From positions 333 through 64,332 of the forward strand of contig JBNJDM010000003.1 in the NCBI GenBank assembly GCA_051744925.1: a stretch of DNA of 64,000 nucleotides, written 5' to 3'. The stretch is from Thermodesulfobacteriota bacterium (lineage in GTDB: Bacteria > Desulfobacterota > Desulfobacteria > Desulfobacterales > JACKCP01). Positions 55,493-64,000 of the stretch are shown here, piece after piece. The number at the start of each line of letters is the position of its first letter. Within the stretch, counting starts at the first letter, position 1. The translations under genes and the position numbers were made by a program. The notes under the pieces were generated by a model. The model was not told the DNA's origin and made no database searches. It saw only the letters and a list, made by a program, of their open reading frames with translations.

Positions 55493-56047
55493 ATGAAAAG
55501 ATTAATGGCTGTTTTAATTATCAGTTTATTGATGTCATCAGGTGTTATGGCACAGGAAGTCGCAGGAGTTCAATTTCCTGAAAAAACAACTATTTCAGGT
55601 AATGAAATGGTTCTTAACGGAGCCGGTGTAAGAAGTAAAATGTTTGTCAAGGTTTATGCCTGCGGTCTTTATCTTAAGTCAAAAACCAGCAATGCATCAG
55701 AAATAATAAATGCTGATGAACCGATGTCGATCAAACTGGTAATTACAACAGGACTTGTTTCAAAAGAAAAAATGCAGTCTGCTATGACCGAAGGATTTGA
55801 ATCTTCAACAAACGGCAACACAGAAGCTCTTCAGGACAAAATAGATACTTTCAACAACTGCTTCCGCGACGAAATTGTTAAAGAAGATGAATATGTTATG
55901 ACTTATGTTCCTGAAACAGGTGTTGTAGTTGAAAAAAACGGGACTGAAAAAGGTGTGATCCCGGGAATGGACTTTAAAAAAGCTCTTTTTGGAATCTGGC
56001 TTGGCGAAGAACCTGCAGACGACAAGCTTAAAAAGAGTCTTATCTAG
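55493..56047 (+). CDS. Secreted chalcone-isomerase-like family protein
   Basis: 184 aa. Signal peptide, with the LNGAGVRSKMFVKVYACGLYL pattern remembered for bacterial CHI-like proteins. Confidence 0.6.
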   Translation: MKRLMAVLIISLLMSSGVMAQEVAGVQFPEKTTISGNEMVLNGAGVRSKMFVKVYACGLYLKSKTSNASEIINADEPMSIKLVITTGLVSKEKMQSAMTEGFESSTNGNTEALQDKIDTFNNCFRDEIVKEDEYVMTYVPETGVVVEKNGTEKGVIPGMDFKKALFGIWLGEEPADDKLKKSLI

Positions 56048-56050
56048 TAT

Positions 56051-56078
56051 TTGGCAAAACCGTAATTTTTTTGTTAAG
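56051..56078 (+). repeat. Copy D of dispersed intergenic motif (TTGGCAAAACCGTAATTTTTTTGTTAAG)
   Basis: The TAGTA prefix includes the gene's TAG stop (56045-56047). Confidence 0.45.
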
Positions 56079-56095
56079 AAAATAGCTAATAAAAT

Positions 56096-56123
56096 GCCGG
56101 GTTTTAAGCCCGGCTTTTATTTA
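56096..56123 (+). terminator. Intrinsic terminator
   Basis: GCCGGG-ttttaag-CCCGGC followed by TTTTATTTATT. Confidence 0.65.
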
Positions 56124-56147
56124 TTCCCCGTTTTTATATAAACCCTG

Positions 56148-56834
56148 TTATTTTTCTAAAAACTCGTCTTCTGCTTCTTTTGCAAAATCTCCCGAAATCG
56201 TAGAATCTACTTTGGTGAAAAGATTTTTGTATACGTCAAGAGAACGCCTTTTTATCTCTTCATAAGGGAGTTCATCAAAATGTCCAAAGTCTTTGAGATA
56301 AGACATATGCTTTCTCCCCTTTTCGTCATACTCATGAAAAAGAGAATCGTTTTCTCCGTCAAAATCAAGTGGTTTAACCCTGAATTTATCGCAGAGCTCT
56401 TTATTAAAGGTCGGAGTAACCTTGATCCATTTATTGTTAAGATAAAGCTCTGTATACCCGTGATAGTAAAAAGTATCAGTGCCCATAACCTCTTTTAGCC
56501 GTTTTGTGGTGAGATGATTTTTCACATCTGCAAGCCCTGGTCTTGCAGGGATCCCCACAGCCTTCAGAGCTGCACATAAAGCTACAGCCTTTGCAACACA
56601 ATAACCTTTTTTTCTTTCAATTATTGAACTTGCTTTCATTCCTTGTCTTGTAAAATCGATGTCATACGGGCTGTAAAAAATTTCATCCCTTACTGCATAA
56701 AAAAGAGATACTGCTTTCTGCTTAAGCGTCATATCTTCAGATGTATGTTTTTGGGCAAAATTTTTAACAATTTCACTGTCTGAATCCATAAAAAAAGTCG
56801 GTTCCAGATAAAACTGCAGATCTTTTTCAGTCAT
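56148..56834 (-). CDS. Transglutaminase-like cysteine protease-fold protein
   Basis: 228 aa. KKGYCVAKAVALCAALKAVGIPAR (Cys nucleophile context), followed by His and Asp candidates. Confidence 0.7.
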   Translation of the reverse strand: MTEKDLQFYLEPTFFMDSDSEIVKNFAQKHTSEDMTLKQKAVSLFYAVRDEIFYSPYDIDFTRQGMKASSIIERKKGYCVAKAVALCAALKAVGIPARPGLADVKNHLTTKRLKEVMGTDTFYYHGYTELYLNNKWIKVTPTFNKELCDKFRVKPLDFDGENDSLFHEYDEKGRKHMSYLKDFGHFDELPYEEIKRRSLDVYKNLFTKVDSTISGDFAKEAEDEFLEK

Positions 56835-56857
56835 ACAAACCCCCTTTTATTTAGTAA

Positions 56858-56890
56858 TTGACCGAAAACCAGATTTTTTTATTAAGCAAC
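56858..56890 (+). repeat. Copy E of dispersed intergenic motif (TTGACCGAAAACCAGATTTTTTTATTAAGCAAC)
   Basis: Preceded by TAGTA. Reads as TTGACC-N16-TATTAA, but no plus-strand gene follows. Confidence 0.45.
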
Positions 56891-56915
56891 AATTTAAAAA
56901 CAAGCAAAATATATC

Positions 56916-58346
56916 TTAATCAAGGTCAAAGTTATTTATAAGCTCTGATTTCATATTTAAAAGAATCTCTTTATCATCATTACTTAAATCATTATTTTCC
57001 AAAAGCTCTTTTGTTTTAATTAAAGCCTCTTTTGGTGTTAATCTTTTATTACCGAAAAAATCTATGGGCGCTTCTTTTTCATCAGATGGATTTATTGCTT
57101 TAAAATATCTTTTTTTCTCATCTTCTATATCAGGATAATTTTCACAGGGATAGTTTCTGAAAATAAGTCTTTTTGCAAGAATCTGATTTGTTTTATCAAG
57201 CTGGTCAATCATTTTAACTTTATCATCTAAAGGAATTTCATGAAACTTTGAACATTTTATCTGCTCACTGTCAGACATAAACCCCCTTTCATAAAGCTTT
57301 GCATCAGGATCAACACCTTCAATAACAGGGTATCTGTAATTTATATAATAATTGCAGATATCTTCAAAAATACTCTGATTTTCACGAAGGTATCTTAAAT
57401 TGTTATTAAAATTATTAATCTGCTCTGTATTCAGTTTGGACATAAATCTGTCATGAAGAGGAAGTATAAAAGGAGGTTCCCCGAATTTTTTCCGGATTAT
57501 ATATGAATTTTCTTCGATATTTTCTTTTGTTATATCTGTAATATTATCCAAATCGAGTCTCAGCCATAAAGTCTGATTGGAATAAGGGACTGATTTACCA
57601 AGACAAAGACAGGGAGCCATAAAATTATTCTTTTTACCTATTTTACCGTCCACAAAAAGACCTGCTCTGTGAATTCCAAGCCTTGACTGAAATGCTTCAT
57701 TTATGGAATCACATCTTTTTTTATCAAAATTTTTTACAAAAAAATCTGATAAGTATTTCCATACATTTTTATCCTGTAAAAAAAGTTTTGCAAGGTTAAC
57801 TGTAGCTTCAACATCAGCAAAAGCATCATGTGCAGCACCTTGTGTCAGAGCATTCAATGAGGCAAGATTTTCAAGTTTTAAGGATATTTCATTGTCTTTA
57901 TAAGGCCATTTAATTAAATCACTGCCTGAAAAAAGGTAATAAAAAATTGCCATTGGATAAATATCCATTCTAAAGCAGTTATTCTTAAACTGATGCGTAT
58001 ACGGAGTAAGAAGATTTCTGTAAAAAGCAAATCTTAAAAACTCGTCATCAAAACCAAGAGTATTGTAACCAAGAGAGATTGTTCCCGGAGTATTAATCAT
58101 CTGATGAATTTTATATACAGCCTCAGCTTCTGATATACCCTCTTTGAGCTGTTCAGGAAAAATTTTATGAACTAAAAGGGCTTCAGGTGATATAATTATA
58201 TCATCTCGCAACCTTATATTAAAATTTTCGGTTTCAATGATATTAAAGTCTTTATCAGTCCTTACAGCAGCAAACTGAATAATCTGATCAAAACATTTAT
58301 TAAGACCGCTTGTCTCTAAATCATAAAAAAGATAAGTCTGATTCAT
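56916..58346 (-). CDS. sbcB: Exodeoxyribonuclease I
   Basis: 476 aa. DEDDh N-terminus (FYDLETSG, GYNTLGFDDEF, HDAFADV). Same length as the enterobacterial enzyme. Confidence 0.85.
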   Translation of the reverse strand: MNQTYLFYDLETSGLNKCFDQIIQFAAVRTDKDFNIIETENFNIRLRDDIIISPEALLVHKIFPEQLKEGISEAEAVYKIHQMINTPGTISLGYNTLGFDDEFLRFAFYRNLLTPYTHQFKNNCFRMDIYPMAIFYYLFSGSDLIKWPYKDNEISLKLENLASLNALTQGAAHDAFADVEATVNLAKLFLQDKNVWKYLSDFFVKNFDKKRCDSINEAFQSRLGIHRAGLFVDGKIGKKNNFMAPCLCLGKSVPYSNQTLWLRLDLDNITDITKENIEENSYIIRKKFGEPPFILPLHDRFMSKLNTEQINNFNNNLRYLRENQSIFEDICNYYINYRYPVIEGVDPDAKLYERGFMSDSEQIKCSKFHEIPLDDKVKMIDQLDKTNQILAKRLIFRNYPCENYPDIEDEKKRYFKAINPSDEKEAPIDFFGNKRLTPKEALIKTKELLENNDLSNDDKEILLNMKSELINNFDLD

Positions 58347-58367
58347 AAATAACCCGGATTTAAAATT

Positions 58368-59072
58368 TTAAATTAATTTAAGATCTTTATCAAAATCCCA
58401 TTTTCCAACAGCATCTGAATAATTACCAAGATACCTGTCAATCAACTTTAAAAACTCTTTTCTTGAAATCTCTTCAGCATTAAATCTTGAAAGATTATCT
58501 GTAGAAACCTGACAGTCGATTAAAGGAAAACTCCATTTTTCAAGCTGTCTAACAAGATATACAAAACCGGTTTTGGATGCATCATCTTTTTTTGTAAACA
58601 TAGACTCACCAAAAAAAATTCTGCCAAGAGATACGCCGTAAAGTCCTCCTGCAAGCTCATTACCGCTCCATACTTCAACAGAGTGGGCATATCCGAGATT
58701 ATGTAACCGTGTATATGCATCAATTAGTTCATCTGTTATCCAGGTTTCTTCGCCGTTTCTGATTCTTGAGTATGCACATTCAGTTATAACGGCCTCAAAG
58801 CATGTGTCCATTGTAACTTTAAAATAATTTTTTCTGATTTTTTTTTTGAGTGATTTTGGTATGTGCAAATTTTTTACAAAAAGAACCATTCTCGGATCAG
58901 GAGACCACCAGAGAATTGGAGTTGAATTGTCATACCATGGGAAAATACCTGTTCTGTAGGCAAGAAGAAGTCTTTCAGATTCAAGACCTCCCCCCATTGC
59001 AAGCAGACCGGATCTGTCAGCAAATTCAGGAGGAGGAAAGGAAATTCTGGAAGTAAGTTCAAAAACAGGCAT
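58368..59072 (-). CDS. aat: Leucyl/phenylalanyl-tRNA--protein transferase
   Basis: 234 aa with GIFPWY, WWSPDPR and GESMF motifs. Confidence 0.9.
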   Translation of the reverse strand: MPVFELTSRISFPPPEFADRSGLLAMGGGLESERLLLAYRTGIFPWYDNSTPILWWSPDPRMVLFVKNLHIPKSLKKKIRKNYFKVTMDTCFEAVITECAYSRIRNGEETWITDELIDAYTRLHNLGYAHSVEVWSGNELAGGLYGVSLGRIFFGESMFTKKDDASKTGFVYLVRQLEKWSFPLIDCQVSTDNLSRFNAEEISRKEFLKLIDRYLGNYSDAVGKWDFDKDLKLI

Positions 59073-61315
59073 CAGCTCTTTTTGTAAGCAAAAGTAAATT
59101 TATTATTCCTGCAGCCTACAGTAACTTTACCGCCTTTTGATATTTCACCAAATAAAATTTCATCAACCATCTTGTCTTTAATTTGAGACTGTATAACTCT
59201 TGCAAGAGGTCTTGCACCGTAATCTTTATCATATCCTTCTTCGGCAAGGAGTTCTCTGGCTTTTTTAGTAACTTTGACCTCAATTTTCTTTTCTTTAAGC
59301 TGAGCTGACATTTCATTTACAAACTTGTCAACAATCTGAATCATTACACCCTTATCAAGCGGATTAAAATATACTATCTCATCAAGCCTGTTTCTGAATT
59401 CAGGCGGAAACAGTTTATCAAGAGCGGTCTTACCCTTGGAAAGAGCATCATTTTTTGCATTCCCAAAACCTATGGAATTTGAAACCATCTCTCTTGCACC
59501 TGCATTGGAAGTCATCATCAAAACAACATTTCTGAAATCGGCATGTCTGCCGTTATTATCTGTAAGTCTTCCGTAATCCATAACCTGAAGAAGTATATTA
59601 AAAATATCAGGATGAGCTTTTTCTATTTCATCAAGAAGTATAACAGTATGAGGGTTTTTCTTTACTGAGTCTGTTAAAAGTCCGCCCTGTTCAAAACCTA
59701 CATATCCGGGAGGAGCTCCTATAAGTCTTGCAACAGAATGTTTTTCCATGTACTCGGACATATCGAATCTTAAAAAATTAATCCCTAAAATTTCTGAAAC
59801 CTGTCTTGCAAGCTCTGTTTTACCTACACCTGTAGGACCAGTAAAAAGAAAAGAACCTATAGGTTTTTCAACAGATCTTAAACCTGCTTTTGATCTTTTA
59901 ATTGCAGATGTAACAATTTCTACTGCATGATCCTGTCCATAAAGATATTTTTTTATCCCGGCCTCAAGCTTTGCAAGCTTATTCTTGTCGGTTCCGGTCA
60001 TCTGCTGAAGAGGAACTTTAGCCATTCCTGAAATAACATTTGTTATCTCTTTTTCTCCAACTGATGCCTTTTTTTTGTCGGACAGAGCAATCATCGCCCC
60101 TACTTCATCAATAACATCAATGGCCTTATCAGGCAGATATCTTTCATTGAGATGTCTTAATGAAAGCTTTACAGCCGATTCAATTGCATCATCTCCGTAT
60201 TTGATCTTGTGAAAGTCTTCATATCTTTGTTTAAGACCTTTTAAAATATCTATTGCTTCATCTTCTGTAGGTTCGTTTATATCGATTTTTTCAAACCTTC
60301 TTGAAAGAGCTCTGTCTTTTTCAAAATGATTTTTGAATTCTTCGTGTGTAGTAGAACCTATACATCTGAAATTTCCGCTTGTTAGTGAAGGCTTTAAAAT
60401 ATTTGAAGCGTCCATGGAACCTGAATTTGTAGCACCGGCTCCGACTATTGTATGGATTTCATCAATAAACAAAATAGCATCATCCATACTTTCAAGCTCT
60501 TTTAATACTTTTTTCAGTCTTTGTTCAAAATCTCCCCTGAATTTTGTTCCTGCAAGAAGTGACCCGAGATCAAGGGCATAAATTTTTGCATTCATCAGCT
60601 TATCAGGTACATCACCTTCAAAAATTTTCTGGGCAAGACCTTCTGCAACAGCAGTTTTACCGACTCCGGGATCACCTACAAAAACAGGATTATTCTTTCT
60701 TCTCCTGCATAAAACCTGCATTGACCTGTTAACTTCACTGGAGCGGCCTATTAAGGGATCAATTTTCCCGCTTGCAGCTTTTTCAATCATATCGACTGTA
60801 TACTGAGCAAGAGCTGTATTTTCTGTTTTTTCATCCTGTTCCACAGCCCCTGAATCAAAACCAAACCCGCTTTTTTTATAAGCTTCACTTCCCTGTCCGT
60901 GGGCAATATAATTAAGTATATCTATCCTTTTTATGCTCTCTTTTTTCAGAAAAAAGGTTGCATGTGAATGTTCTTCTTCAAAAATAGAAACAATTATATC
61001 ACCTACATTAATTGTCTGCTTTTCAGCAGCTTTAGCATGATTAACAGCTCTTTGAATAACTCTTTGAAATCCTATTGTCTGCTGAAGAACATAATTGGAA
61101 TCTTCAGGCATGGTTTCAAGGTGTTCATCAAAATATGTTTTTAAGTCAGATTTTAAAACCTGAACGTTTCCTCCGCATGATTCAATAATCTCTATGCCGT
61201 AAGCATCATGAAGAATTGCAAATAATACGTGCTCAACGCATACGTATTCATGCCTTCTTTTTTTTGCTTCCCTTACAGCAAACCCGAGTGTTGCGCTTAA
61301 TTCCTTACTTATCAT
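59072..61315 (-). CDS. clpA: ATP-dependent Clp protease ATP-binding subunit ClpA
   Basis: 747 aa. Two AAA+ modules (GDPGVGKT, GPTGVGKT) and an N-terminal Clp repeat. Confidence 0.95.
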   Translation of the reverse strand: MISKELSATLGFAVREAKKRRHEYVCVEHVLFAILHDAYGIEIIESCGGNVQVLKSDLKTYFDEHLETMPEDSNYVLQQTIGFQRVIQRAVNHAKAAEKQTINVGDIIVSIFEEEHSHATFFLKKESIKRIDILNYIAHGQGSEAYKKSGFGFDSGAVEQDEKTENTALAQYTVDMIEKAASGKIDPLIGRSSEVNRSMQVLCRRRKNNPVFVGDPGVGKTAVAEGLAQKIFEGDVPDKLMNAKIYALDLGSLLAGTKFRGDFEQRLKKVLKELESMDDAILFIDEIHTIVGAGATNSGSMDASNILKPSLTSGNFRCIGSTTHEEFKNHFEKDRALSRRFEKIDINEPTEDEAIDILKGLKQRYEDFHKIKYGDDAIESAVKLSLRHLNERYLPDKAIDVIDEVGAMIALSDKKKASVGEKEITNVISGMAKVPLQQMTGTDKNKLAKLEAGIKKYLYGQDHAVEIVTSAIKRSKAGLRSVEKPIGSFLFTGPTGVGKTELARQVSEILGINFLRFDMSEYMEKHSVARLIGAPPGYVGFEQGGLLTDSVKKNPHTVILLDEIEKAHPDIFNILLQVMDYGRLTDNNGRHADFRNVVLMMTSNAGAREMVSNSIGFGNAKNDALSKGKTALDKLFPPEFRNRLDEIVYFNPLDKGVMIQIVDKFVNEMSAQLKEKKIEVKVTKKARELLAEEGYDKDYGARPLARVIQSQIKDKMVDEILFGEISKGGKVTVGCRNNKFTFAYKKS

Positions 61316-61317
61316 TA

Positions 61318-61632
61318 TTATGCCTTCTCCATTGAACTTTTTAATGGAAATCCGTTGCTCCTGGCAAGGGATGTTACTGTCTCTACTTTGGTTTCGGCCA
61401 GTTCAAAAGGATAAACTCCGCATATACCGACCCCTTTTTTATGAACATTGAGCATAATCTGCTCTGCTTCAGATTCGGACTTATGAAAAACACTTATAAG
61501 AACATCAATAACAAAGTCCATTGTTGTATAATCGTCATTATGCAGAAGTACTTTATATAAAGGAGGTTCCTTAGTTTTATCCGAGATGTCAGATACTACC
61601 TCCTGATCTGTACCCGGATTTAATATAGCCAT
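61318..61632 (-). CDS. clpS: ClpS adaptor (N-end rule)
   Basis: 104 aa with YKVLLHNDDYTTMDFV and HKKGVGICGV. Confidence 0.95.
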   Translation of the reverse strand: MAILNPGTDQEVVSDISDKTKEPPLYKVLLHNDDYTTMDFVIDVLISVFHKSESEAEQIMLNVHKKGVGICGVYPFELAETKVETVTSLARSNGFPLKSSMEKA

Positions 61633-61698
61633 AGTTCTTCCTTCCTAAAGCCTTTTCTTTTAAATATCGTAAACATTAAAATAATATTAATCAAGAGT

Positions 61699-64000
61699 CT
61701 ATGCTCCGCAGCACTTTTTATATTTTTTACCGCTGCCGCACGGACATGGATCGTTTCTTCCTGTTTTAGGCTCTGAACGCTTTACAGTTTTTTGATTTTG
61801 TGAACCTTCATCACCCCTTGAAAAAACCATTTCTTCTTCAGGAACTTCTGAAAAAAGCGGTTTCTTTTCTTCTTCAAACCCTCTTTCTACTTCTATCCTG
61901 AATAAAATATTTATTATTTCATCTTTAATTTTTTCTATCATGTTCTGAAACATGATAAAACCCTCACGCTTATATATAATAAGAGGGTTTTGCTGTGCAT
62001 AACCTCTTAAACCTATACCTTCCTTAAGATGATCCATATTAAGAAGATGATCCTTCCAGAATGTATCAACTGTCTGAAGCATTATAAAATGCTCAAGATC
62101 CCTCATATTTGAAGAACCTATCATATCTTCCTTTTTTTCATATTCCTGCTCGCACTTTTCATAAATAAAATCTCTGATCTCATCTTCCGGCATATTCTCA
62201 ACTTCGACCTCAGGAGGCTCTGATACTTCCAGACTGAGATTTTTCTTTATTTTTTCAGCAAGATATTCCCATCCGTACTCCCTTGATTTATCTTCCTGCC
62301 TGGACAGGACAAAATCAGCTGCAACTTCCTGTGATTTGCTTTCCATCATTTCCAGAATTTTTCTCTTAAGATCAGAATGGCTTAAAGCTTCTTTTCTTTC
62401 TCTGTAAATAACCTCTCTCTGGGCATTCATTACATCATCATATTCAAGAAGATGCTTTCTTATGTCAAAGTTATGGCCTTCAACCTTTTTCTGAGCATTT
62501 TCAATGGCCCTTGAAATCATGCCATGCTCAATTGTTTCGCCCTCCTGCATACCAAGACGATCCATAACTTTTGTTATTCTTTCTCCGCCGAAAATTCTTA
62601 AAAGATCATCATCAAGGGAAAGATAGAATTTTGAAGAACCGGGATCTCCCTGACGACCTGAACGTCCCCTTAGCTGGTTATCGATTCTTCGGGATTCATG
62701 TCTTTCTGTACCAAGTATATGCAGTCCACCAAGATCTGTAACCCCTTCGCCAAGAACAATATCTGTTCCTCGACCTGCCATGTTTGTGGCAATTGTTACA
62801 GCTTTTTTCTGACCTGCCATGGCAATAATTTCAGCTTCTTTATCATGCTGCTTTGCATTGAGAACCTCATGGGGTACTCCCCTTTTTTTAAGCATTTTGC
62901 TGAAATATTCAGAAACATCAATTGAAATTGTACCTACAAGAACAGGCTGTCCGGTTTTGTAACAATCTGCAATTTCATTGATTGCCGCATCATATTTTTC
63001 TTTTTTTGTCTTATATATGGCATCAGGATAGTCTTTTCTGATAAGAGGCTTGTTTGTAGGTATAACAATAACTTCAAGCCCGTATATCTCGGCAAACTCT
63101 TTGGCTTCTGTTTCTGCTGTACCGGTCATACCGCTTAGTTTATTGTACATTCTGAAATAGTTCTGAAAAGTAATTGAGGCAAGGGTCTGGTTTTCATTTT
63201 CAATAACAGCATTTTCTTTGGCTTCAAGGGCCTGGTGAAGACCTTCACTGAAACGTCTTCCCGGCATAAGACGACCAGTAAATTCATCTACAATTATTAC
63301 CTGATTGTCCTGTACAATATAGTCGATATCTTTTGTAAATATAGAATGAGCTTTAAGAGCCTGATTAATATGGTGAAGATTTTCTATATTATGAGGATCA
63401 TAAATATTTTTTACATCAAGTTCATTTTCAACTTTTGAAACACCTTCTTCTGTTAAAAGAACATTTTTATCTTTTTCATCAACTGTATAATCAGTATCTT
63501 TTTTTAATTTTCTTACAACTTCATCTGCACGCTTATAAAGTTCTGTCGATTTTTCAGCAGGACCTGAAATAATAAGAGGGGTTCTTGCTTCATCAATTAA
63601 AATAGAGTCGACCTCGTCAACTATTGCAAAATTAAGTTCCCTCTGTACAAGGTCTTCACTGCGGAATTTCATATTGTCTCTTAAATAGTCAAATCCAAAC
63701 TCATTATTTGTTCCGTAAACTATATCACTATTATATGCATCTTTTCTCTCCTGATCACCTATTCCCTGGACAATAACACCTACACTAAGTCCGAGGAACT
63801 TATACAGCTTACCCATCCATTCAGCATCCCTTGATGCAAGATAATCGTTAACTGTAATTACATGGGCGCCTTTACCTGTCAGCGCATTAAGATAAACCGG
63901 AAGAGTTGCTACAAGAGTTTTACCTTCACCTGTTTTCATTTCAGCAATATTGCCTTCATTAAGAACAACACCGCCGACTATCTGACAGTCAAAATGTCTC
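61699..64000 (-). CDS. secA: Preprotein translocase ATPase SecA, N-terminus beyond the right window edge
   Basis: The track begins at an internal Met (MKTGEGKT is Walker A). The frame stays open to the window edge (..[28 protein letters not shown]). C-terminal zinc motif [14 protein letters not shown]. Confidence 0.95.
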   Translation of the reverse strand, partial: RHFDCQIVGGVVLNEGNIAEMKTGEGKTLVATLPVYLNALTGKGAHVITVNDYLASRDAEWMGKLYKFLGLSVGVIVQGIGDQERKDAYNSDIVYGTNNEFGFDYLRDNMKFRSEDLVQRELNFAIVDEVDSILIDEARTPLIISGPAEKSTELYKRADEVVRKLKKDTDYTVDEKDKNVLLTEEGVSKVENELDVKNIYDPHNIENLHHINQALKAHSIFTKDIDYIVQDNQVIIVDEFTGRLMPGRRFSEGLHQALEAKENAVIENENQTLASITFQNYFRMYNKLSGMTGTAETEAKEFAEIYGLEVIVIPTNKPLIRKDYPDAIYKTKKEKYDAAINEIADCYKTGQPVLVGTISIDVSEYFSKMLKKRGVPHEVLNAKQHDKEAEIIAMAGQKKAVTIATNMAGRGTDIVLGEGVTDLGGLHILGTERHESRRIDNQLRGRSGRQGDPGSSKFYLSLDDDLLRIFGGERITKVMDRLGMQEGETIEHGMISRAIENAQKKVEGHNFDIRKHLLEYDDVMNAQREVIYRERKEALSHSDLKRKILEMMESKSQEVAADFVLSRQEDKSREYGWEYLAEKIKKNLSLEVSEPPEVEVENMPEDEIRDFIYEKCEQEYEKKEDMIGSSNMRDLEHFIMLQTVDTFWKDHLLNMDHLKEGIGLRGYAQQNPLIIYKREGFIMFQNMIEKIKDEIINILFRIEVERGFEEEKKPLFSEVPEEEMVFSRGDEGSQNQKTVKRSEPKTGRNDPCPCGSGKKYKKCCGA

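Noticed and set aside
56050-56066. TTGGCA of motif copy D (and TTGGCC of copy A) as sigma54 -24 elements
   Set aside because: There is no TTGC/TTGT at the required -12 distance. The match is limited to TGGC.
63937-63939. ORF-track start of secA at Met 63939
   Set aside because: This Met is the one in the Walker A motif ([10 protein letters not shown]). The frame remains open upstream to the window edge and continues to read as SecA, so the gene is 5'-truncated by the window.

Overview
This is a visibly AT-rich (about one-third G+C by eye, not computed), densely coding chromosomal segment with about 60 CDS. No rRNA, tRNA, CRISPR array, transposase, integrase or recognisable defence island was found. 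By inference only, the gene content fits an anaerobic, sigma54-using, Desulfobacterota-like bacterium: DUF169, NIL-ferredoxin, fused class I fumarase, archaeal-type LeuCD, ThyX, TRAP transporter, HDOD and HD-GYP. Confident housekeeping calls are RNase H1, CysK, SppA, MgsA, DegV, Fe/Mn-SOD, cyclophilin, CinA, fumarase, an NtrC-type two-component pair and PabB-PabC. Others are tetR-dctPQM, arsR, azlCD, a CocE/NonD hydrolase, a long acyl-CoA dehydrogenase, sbcCD, cspA, mnmA-mtaB and class I cyaA. The right third carries hisGE, leuCD, pyrD, sbcB, aat-clpA-clpS and secA (truncated at the right edge). A radical-SAM Mqn-like gene is truncated at the left edge. The unexplained signals are mostly regulatory or non-coding. 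(1) A 440-bp region holds two divergent sigma54 promoters and TATGCATA palindromes. It links a cluster of uncharacterised membrane proteins plus kinase and sigma54 activator to a DUF169 gene. (2) An ORF-less unit (tandem palindromes, sigma54 promoter, roughly 115 nt with a CU-rich anti-SD tract, strong terminator) looks like a sigma54-dependent sRNA gene. (3) A roughly 30-nt intergenic motif occurs at least six times, and one copy sits in a 134-nt extended hairpin element. (4) A fused tandem ThyX has signature motifs degenerated in complementary fashion in its two halves. (5) A 4-Cys mini-ORF lies antisense between thyX and cyaA, with its start codon overlapping the cyaA start. All functional interpretations are motif- and memory-based. 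No database search was run.
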